Shown: positions 14,635-20,000 of the stretch, one piece after another
Layout of the letters: the number at the start of each line of letters is the position of its first letter
Position numbering within the stretch: position 1 is the stretch's first letter
Source: an uncultured virus (IMG/VR IMGVR_UViG_3300042397_001048)
Lineage: Duplodnaviria > Heunggongvirae > Uroviricota > Caudoviricetes > Crassvirales
Virus record (IMG/VR): IMGVR_UViG_3300042397_001048
Length of the DNA: 20,000 bases
Direction: 5' to 3' (one strand)
Position numbers and translations under genes: made by a program
The notes under the pieces: model-generated
The model's input: only the letters and a program-made list of their open reading frames with translations
Databases searched by the model: none
What the model was told of the DNA's origin: nothing

Positions 14635-15862
14635 GCTCCGAGATTACCAAAAAAAAATAGCTGACGATGGCGTTGATATCATAAATAAATATGGATTACT
14701 TTATCTTGCTTTACAAGTACGTGTTGGCAAGACCATGACCTCATTAGCTATCTGCGATAAGTTAAAATGTGATGATGTTCTGTTTATCACGAAGCTTAAG
14801 GTTGTGCCAGGCATACAGAAAGACCACAAGGATTTGGGATGTAAGTTTAAACTTACATGTTTAAATTATGAGTCATTACATAAACTTGAAGGTTTAAATT
14901 TTGATGTGATTATTTGCGATGAAGCTCACACCTTAGGAGCATTCCCTAAGCCTAGCAAGCGTGCCAAGCAAGTCAAAGACTTAGTCAAGAAGTATAAGTC
15001 TAAAGTTATATTTTTGTCGGGCACACCAACACCTGAGTCGCATAGTCAGATGTACCATCAGTTGTACGTGCATCCTAACAACCCGTTCAAGGAGTATGTA
15101 AACTTTTACCGGTGGGCTAACGATCACGTGAGAGTGAAGATAAAATACATCGGAGCCATGAAGGTTAACGATTACTCGGAAGCCTTAAAAGATAAGATAA
15201 TGGAGAAGGTTAATCCGCTGATGATTACCTATACGCAGGAGGCTGCTGGGTTTGAATCTAAGATTAAAGAGATTGTCTATTATGTCCCAATGAAAGACTC
15301 GACGTATATTATGTGTGGTAGACTAAAGAAGGACTTAGTCATACAAGGTAAGGACGATGTAATCTTGGCCGACACAGGTGCAAAACTTATGAACAAGTTA
15401 CATCAGATGTACAGTGGAACCATCATACTCGAGTCAGGTAAAAGGCAAGTGCTTGATGACACGAAGGCTCAGTTTATTCTCAGGGCTTTTCATGGTAAGA
15501 AGATTGGTATCTTCTACAAGTTTAAGGCTGAGTGGGATTTGCTTAAGAGTGTTTACGGTGATGACTTGACTGATGACCTGGAGGAGTTTAATGCTACTGA
15601 TAAGAACATTGCTCTTCAGATTGTCTCAGGTCGTGAAGGTATTAGCCTTCGCAATGCGGATGTGCTCGTGTACTTTAACATTGACTTCTCTGCTGTTTCT
15701 TATTGGCAGTCACGTGATAGGATGACCACTATTGATCGCAAGTTCAATGAAGTCTACTGGATATTTGCTAGGGGTGGTATTGAGGATAAGATTTACAAGA
15801 CTGTATTAGAAAAAAAGGATTATACCTTATCTTATTTCAAGAAAGATTTTTTATCTTCGTGA
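14627..15862 (+). CDS. superfamily 2 helicase (SNF2/ResIII-like, DEAH)
   Basis: LRDYQ Q-motif, VRVGKT, ICDEAH, LSGTP, GREGISL and QSRDR. Confidence 0.92.
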   Translation: MVKLRDYQKKIADDGVDIINKYGLLYLALQVRVGKTMTSLAICDKLKCDDVLFITKLKVVPGIQKDHKDLGCKFKLTCLNYESLHKLEGLNFDVIICDEAHTLGAFPKPSKRAKQVKDLVKKYKSKVIFLSGTPTPESHSQMYHQLYVHPNNPFKEYVNFYRWANDHVRVKIKYIGAMKVNDYSEALKDKIMEKVNPLMITYTQEAAGFESKIKEIVYYVPMKDSTYIMCGRLKKDLVIQGKDDVILADTGAKLMNKLHQMYSGTIILESGKRQVLDDTKAQFILRAFHGKKIGIFYKFKAEWDLLKSVYGDDLTDDLEEFNATDKNIALQIVSGREGISLRNADVLVYFNIDFSAVSYWQSRDRMTTIDRKFNEVYWIFARGGIEDKIYKTVLEKKDYTLSYFKKDFLSS

Positions 15863-15865
15863 CGC

Positions 15866-16108
15866 ATGACTGAGCAACAAATACAATCTAAAAGAATCAA
15901 GCAACTTGAAGCAGAGGGATACTACGTCATCAAGATTATCAAGGCAAACAAGAATGGCCTTCCTGATATCTTGGCTTTACACCCTGACAAAGGAGTCTTG
16001 TTCTCTGAGGTCAAAACACCGGAAGGTAGATTATCAAAATTACAGGAGTATAGACTTAAAGAACTACAAGAATATGGATTCCGTTGTGAAGTATTTAGAG
16101 GGAGTTGA
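15866..16108 (+). CDS. VRR-NUC domain nuclease (putative Holliday junction resolvase)
   Basis: EQQIQ...GLPD...EVK...GRLSKLQ, located after the SF2 helicase. Confidence 0.9.
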   Translation: MTEQQIQSKRIKQLEAEGYYVIKIIKANKNGLPDILALHPDKGVLFSEVKTPEGRLSKLQEYRLKELQEYGFRCEVFRGS

Positions 16109-16448
16109 GTTGGTTATCATGCCATCTAGCGTTTTTAAATGGATTGAATCTTTTGATGATGACATATTCGACCAGTTTATGGATGCCATATCTCATTTTG
16201 ATAATCAGTTTGAAGAAGAGACAGAGATAGTATTCCCAATTAATGGCAAGACCGTTGAGTATTTTAAGCTAGAGGTTGGACATGGATTTATTGCTCTCGA
16301 TGAGGACAATAAAGATAGAGAAATGATTGTCGTTGATTCATTGGAAAGGATTGATGTAGATGAGTTTCTTGACTGCATAATAGAAGGTAAAGAGATAATT
16401 AAGAATAAAGAGTTAAAACGTATTTTAATAAACTATAGTTACTTATGA
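16074..16448 (+). CDS. hypothetical acidic protein
   Basis: ORF track 15906..16448. The likely start is MDSVVKY at 16074. Confidence 0.7.
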   Translation: MDSVVKYLEGVELVIMPSSVFKWIESFDDDIFDQFMDAISHFDNQFEEETEIVFPINGKTVEYFKLEVGHGFIALDEDNKDREMIVVDSLERIDVDEFLDCIIEGKEIIKNKELKRILINYSYL

Positions 16449-16681
16449 AAAAGCCAAACATTAACCGGTACAAATCAAAAGATGGAGCAGAAGTAGTTGA
16501 GATTAACTACGAAAGCTTGAACCACGACTACTACTCAGCCAAATGGCAGGGACGTAAACGCCAATTACTTGGAAGTTACATGGACAGACTTGAAGATCGT
16601 CTTCGTCGCCACGAGTGGAAAAGAATTACTAAGTCACAGTTTGAAAAAGCTTTAGAGAAATTCACCCATGACAACGACTGA
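16445..16681 (+). CDS. hypothetical protein
   Basis: 78-aa ORF with ATGA coupling. Confidence 0.7.
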   Translation: MKKPNINRYKSKDGAEVVEINYESLNHDYYSAKWQGRKRQLLGSYMDRLEDRLRRHEWKRITKSQFEKALEKFTHDND

Positions 16682-17021
16682 GAAAGAGAATGCACTTACG
16701 TTCTTGGCATTGATGCAAGCAACGTATGAGTTGGCAACGGACATAGACTTCGAAGCCAAACCATTCGACAGACCCATCATTAAAGAAAGAGTATGGGACC
16801 TGACTAGAACCATCAATAAACAAATCGACAGAGTGCTACCATTATCTGATTGCACGAAGGAAGATTGGGACCGAGCAGCCGAGCAACACGTGGAGGCTGC
16901 CGACAGGATGCTTGAGTTTTTTAAAGTTGGACTAAAGCTCCAGCAATTAGACGAGTTCAAAGCCCAAGGATTTGACACGCAATTAAATATATTACTTAAA
17001 ACTTATGGAGTTGATCTATAA
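16668..17021 (+). CDS. hypothetical protein
   Basis: 117-aa ORF. Confidence 0.75.
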   Translation: MTTTEKENALTFLALMQATYELATDIDFEAKPFDRPIIKERVWDLTRTINKQIDRVLPLSDCTKEDWDRAAEQHVEAADRMLEFFKVGLKLQQLDEFKAQGFDTQLNILLKTYGVDL

Positions 17022-17027
17022 CAAGCA

Positions 17028-17318
17028 ATGATAAATAAAAATCCAATACTTGAGCAAGACCTAATTGACTTAGACTTTAAGATGGTCTTTGTTAGCAAAG
17101 AAGAACATGGTGGAGATGAAGATTTCTATTACTATGTGCTTACTTTATTTGGTGAAGAGGATGACACATACGCTATGTGTCTTATCTCATGTGCAAACGA
17201 CGAGGCAGTGAATAAAGACTGGAAAGTTGAGTTGTTTGATTACGACAGGTTCTATTTTGATACTATTGAATCTTTAACTGAGTTCATACTCGCGGCTAAA
17301 AATGCAAAAGAAAAATAG
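17028..17318 (+). CDS. hypothetical acidic protein
   Basis: 96-aa ORF. Confidence 0.75.
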   Translation: MINKNPILEQDLIDLDFKMVFVSKEEHGGDEDFYYYVLTLFGEEDDTYAMCLISCANDEAVNKDWKVELFDYDRFYFDTIESLTEFILAAKNAKEK

Positions 17319-17436
17319 TATTTATTTTAATATGGTTCATGAGAATGGGTCTATTGCTGAGTTTGAGATTTATTCTGACGACGTAACAATAGATTCTATA
17401 ATTGAAGCATTAGTGTTATTGATCGAGTTGGTGTAA
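17302..17436 (+). CDS. small hypothetical protein (44 aa) whose 3' end overlaps the tRNA-like gene
   Basis: MQKKNSIYFNMVHENGSIAEFEIYSDDVTIDSIIEALVLLIELV. Confidence 0.45.
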   Translation: MQKKNSIYFNMVHENGSIAEFEIYSDDVTIDSIIEALVLLIELV

Positions 17437-17493
17437 TTGGCAACACGCCCTCCTAGGTTAAGGGTGATGCTCGTTCGACTCGGGCACTCGGTT
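17422..17493 (+). tRNA. atypical or pseudo tRNA, nominal anticodon AGG (Pro)
   Basis: Acceptor ATCGAGT/ACTCGGT, D arm GTGT-AATTGGCA-ACAC, anticodon arm CCCTC-CTAGGTT-AAGGG, T arm GCTCG-TTCGACT-CGGGC. No CCA is encoded. Confidence 0.65.
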
Positions 17494-17499
17494 AAATAT

Positions 17500-17607
17500 A
17501 GTCAGGTGGCGGAATGGTAGACGCATATGAGGGGTGCATAAAAGATAAATTTAAACCTCATGCAAAAGTTCAAAAGCACCGTGCAGGTTCGAATCCTGTC
17601 CTGACTA
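17500..17607 (+). ncRNA. tRNA-like RNA (Leu-type scaffold) with an expanded, non-canonical anticodon and variable region
   Basis: Acceptor AGTCAGG/CCTGACT, D arm GCGGAATGGTAGACGC and T arm GCAGG-TTCGAAT-CCTGT. The stem ATGAGG/CCTCAT closes a 23-nt loop. Confidence 0.75.
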
Positions 17608-17677
17608 CATTTTTTTTTAAAAAGTATACAACTTATTATTTAATTCATTAAATTTATCTCGGTTAAATGTGATTATT

Positions 17678-17720
17678 AGGGGGACTGTTTTGTTGGTTTG
17701 ACAGTTCCCCTGTTTTTTTT
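17678..17720 (+). terminator. intrinsic terminator
   Basis: AGGGGGACTGT-loop-ACAGTTCCCCT followed by G and a T8 tract. Confidence 0.75.
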
Positions 17721-17725
17721 AATGA

Positions 17726-17935
17726 ATGAAGGACAGGGAACATATTGATTTTACGAATGAAACGATGTTTTTCATCAATAAACTGACCGACGAAATCTAC
17801 GAATCACTTATCGACAAAGAGTACGAAGACCTATACGACTCTACATCCATCCTAATCGAATACCTAATTAAACTACAGAATGAAAGACTACATCAAGTAC
17901 GCTCTAGAGTTGTACCGAGAAGGGAACAAGACTAA
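17726..17935 (+). CDS. hypothetical protein
   Basis: 69-aa ORF overlapping the next gene. Confidence 0.6.
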   Translation: MKDREHIDFTNETMFFINKLTDEIYESLIDKEYEDLYDSTSILIEYLIKLQNERLHQVRSRVVPRREQD

Positions 17936-19076
17936 AGCACAAATTGCTCGAGAAGTAAAACATAAGTTTAATCTCGAGATGGATGTTGAAACATTACGAA
18001 AAAGGATTTCAGAAAAAACCATTGGATTAGAACACTCTGGCCTCAAAGATGAGTGTGACAGCGTGGGCGCACCAGTCACAAACGTGTCACATTACTGGGT
18101 CAAAACTAAAACCCACTCGGCCTTTGTTAAAGTCTCCGACAACGAGCAAGCAGAAGCGATGGTAGACGTCATTCGTGACATCGTCAGCAACTATAATCCT
18201 GATAAGCTCCGAACTATTGAGAAGACAAAAATCGACTCGCCTGTGGCAATTAAAGCGACCGTATCCGACATGCACGTTGGACTTGAGCCTAACCCAGGAA
18301 ACAACTCACTATTCGCCTACGATTACAATGAACAGATATTTAAGTCTAATCTTGATAAGGTATTTAACTCAATCTGCAAAGAGCACGCAGCAAACGGCAA
18401 GTTTGATGTTTTGGTTATCGATGACCTTGGTGATGGCTTGGATGGGTATAATGCTCATACTACGAGAGGCGGCCATCCCCTAGATCAGAATATGTCTAAT
18501 CAAGATATGTTCCGTGTCTTTGTTGAGGGCAAGCTTAATCTAATCGAGAATTGCATTCAAGCAGGGATAGCTAACGAGGTTATTGTTCGCAACGTATCAA
18601 ATGATAACCACGCAGGTAGCTTTGCTAGTATCGCCAACTTGACAATACAGATGCTACTTAATCGTACGTACTCACAAGAGTTTGTTAAGTTTCATATCTT
18701 AAATCGTTTCATGGAGCACTTTGAGTATGGGGACCATACATTTATTCTTACACATGGTAAGGATGCCAAGCATATGTTTAAGGGCTTGCCTTATAACTTG
18801 AATGACAAGGCCATTGGATTCATTAATGACTACATCGACCACTACGGTATCAATTCAAAGCATATCCACGTAGAGAAGGGCGACCTTCATCGTGTAGGCT
18901 ATGACCGAACCAAGAAGTTTGACTACCGTAACTACATGACGTTCGCACCACCATCTGCGTGGGTACAACATAATTTTGGGGATTGCTACAGTGGCTACTC
19001 AATTCAGACTGTGCCTAAGTTCAGTGGAGAAATATCTCACACAGATTATTATTTTGAATTACAAAAAAAATTATAA
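17880..19076 (+). CDS. calcineurin-like metallophosphoesterase (nuclease-like) with an N-terminal HTH-like segment
   Basis: SDMHVG, LGDGLDG, NDNH, THGK and GDLH motifs in the correct order. The N-terminus contains TKAQIAREV. Confidence 0.85.
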   Translation: MKDYIKYALELYREGNKTKAQIAREVKHKFNLEMDVETLRKRISEKTIGLEHSGLKDECDSVGAPVTNVSHYWVKTKTHSAFVKVSDNEQAEAMVDVIRDIVSNYNPDKLRTIEKTKIDSPVAIKATVSDMHVGLEPNPGNNSLFAYDYNEQIFKSNLDKVFNSICKEHAANGKFDVLVIDDLGDGLDGYNAHTTRGGHPLDQNMSNQDMFRVFVEGKLNLIENCIQAGIANEVIVRNVSNDNHAGSFASIANLTIQMLLNRTYSQEFVKFHILNRFMEHFEYGDHTFILTHGKDAKHMFKGLPYNLNDKAIGFINDYIDHYGINSKHIHVEKGDLHRVGYDRTKKFDYRNYMTFAPPSAWVQHNFGDCYSGYSIQTVPKFSGEISHTDYYFELQKKL

Positions 19077-19081
19077 CTTTG
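19074..19081 (+). promoter_or_regulatory. possible -7 element TAACTTTG
   Basis: TAnnTTTG match 4 nt before the ATG at 19086, with TTTG at 19053-19056. Confidence 0.4.
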
Positions 19082-19085
19082 CATT

Positions 19086-19301
19086 ATGGCAACACGACTA
19101 GGACATCTTAACACAGTTAAGAACAAAAACAAAAAGAGTAAGCTCGAGAAAGACGAGTATGTTTGTATTTGGATTAAGGACCAAACCGGCCCTAAGCCAT
19201 TGTTATTGAGCGAGATTGAGTTAAGCAATGCTATCTCTCGTGGCAAGAAGAATCCTGAGGATGTCGTTCCAAGAAGTTTTATTTCTAAATTAATAGATTA
19301 A
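19086..19301 (+). CDS. hypothetical basic protein
   Basis: 71-aa ORF, the last rightward gene in the window. Confidence 0.7.
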   Translation: MATRLGHLNTVKNKNKKSKLEKDEYVCIWIKDQTGPKPLLLSEIELSNAISRGKKNPEDVVPRSFISKLID

Positions 19302-19339
19302 GTTTTTTCATAATTCATTTTGCGTAAGGTTATTAAATT

Positions 19340-19367
19340 AAAAAGGGGACTCATGGTCCCCATTTTT
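19340..19367. terminator. bidirectional intrinsic terminator between convergent operons
   Basis: AAAAA-GGGGAC-TCATG-GTCCCC-ATTTTT. Confidence 0.75.
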
Positions 19368-19370
19368 ATT

Positions 19371-20000
19371 TTAGAATAATACCTTACCTGGTTTTGCTTT
19401 AGCCTTAGCTGCCTTGGAATCTTCTTTAGCTTTTGCTTTAACAGCCTTTTCGATGTTATTACCAATTGTCAAGAATTCTCTAGGTGCTATGTTCATGGCT
19501 ACCATTGCTTTTGGTATTAAAGATTGCTTCAGAATCTTCTTCTGTTCATCTGAATAAGTATACTCGTTGCCATATTTATCAGTATAACTTCCAGCAAAAG
19601 CTTCATTAGCAGAGTTAGCTAATGCAGCAATAGCCTCGTATCCTACACTAGGCACACCACCAATCATATCAGAGAATACTTGTCCATAAGGAAGTTCTTC
19701 TTTAGCAAAGAATCTAAATGGCTTATTTAGTTGTTCATCTGTTTTGGCCTTTTTCTTTTCTTCCTCTGTTTTCTTAGGACCACGTTTTTTCTTCAGTGGA
19801 TTACCAAATATATCTAATTCTGCTTCCTCTTCTTTACTTTTCTTTAATTGTTCTTTTGGATTCCCTCCTTGGATATAATCCATAGCCTGGTTCAATCCTA
19901 AAAGAGTTACATATTCTAATTGATTAGGAATAGGAGCAATAAATTCGAAAATACTTTTGCCTACAAATAACTCATCATTCCATTTTTCCCTAGTAGATGT
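19371..20000 (-). CDS. C-terminal end of a larger protein (possibly virion or ejected), truncated by the window
   Basis: The frame is open from 20000 to the stop at 19371 (TSTREKWNDELF...KPGKVLF), so the TTG start at 19895 in the track is internal. The function is inferred from position only. Confidence 0.75.
   Translation of the reverse strand, partial: TSTREKWNDELFVGKSIFEFIAPIPNQLEYVTLLGLNQAMDYIQGGNPKEQLKKSKEEEAELDIFGNPLKKKRGPKKTEEEKKKAKTDEQLNKPFRFFAKEELPYGQVFSDMIGGVPSVGYEAIAALANSANEAFAGSYTDKYGNEYTYSDEQKKILKQSLIPKAMVAMNIAPREFLTIGNNIEKAVKAKAKEDSKAAKAKAKPGKVLF

Noticed and set aside
17422..17493. Suppressor tRNA (CTA anticodon) or stop-codon reassignment
   Set aside because: CTA falls at loop positions 32-34 rather than 34-36, and the long genes read intact in the standard code.
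17422..17607. Prophage attachment site at the tRNA genes
   Set aside because: There is no integrase or host gene in the window, and phage-type genes continue on both sides.

Overview
This window is a segment of a tailed dsDNA phage that most likely infects a Bacteroidota host. The basis is several TAnnTTTG (-7) promoters, A-rich translation starts without Shine-Dalgarno sequences, and a BT4734/VirE_N-type primase. Layout: (1) 1-660, the start of a leftward operon, with a small basic YRGQGR protein, an AT-rich ori-like element and an unlisted ORF running off the left edge; (2) about 700-1390, a non-coding, palindrome- and repeat-rich divergence point that may be the genome end; (3) 1393-7668, early or accessory small genes, including a Cys-rich protein, a short C5 DNA methyltransferase, a DnaA domain IV-like HTH, a run of membrane micro-proteins, a double Zn-ribbon and an Nmad1/DUF1599-like protein; (4) 7728-16108, the recombination and replication module (Sak3, PD-(D/E)XK exonuclease, SSB, HNH, ori-like element, primase-helicase, HNH, SF2 helicase, VRR-NUC); (5) two atypical tRNA-like genes, a metallophosphoesterase, and the 3' end of a large convergent gene. 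The most striking observation is a duplicated site-plus-domain pair. The AT-rich TGTACA/IHF/TTATCCATG element in front of the primase-helicase has a collinear second copy 10 kb away. That second copy lies directly upstream of a gene whose N-terminus is a paralog of the primase-helicase's C-terminal, putative DNA-binding domain. All family assignments come from motif recognition by eye, not from database searches.
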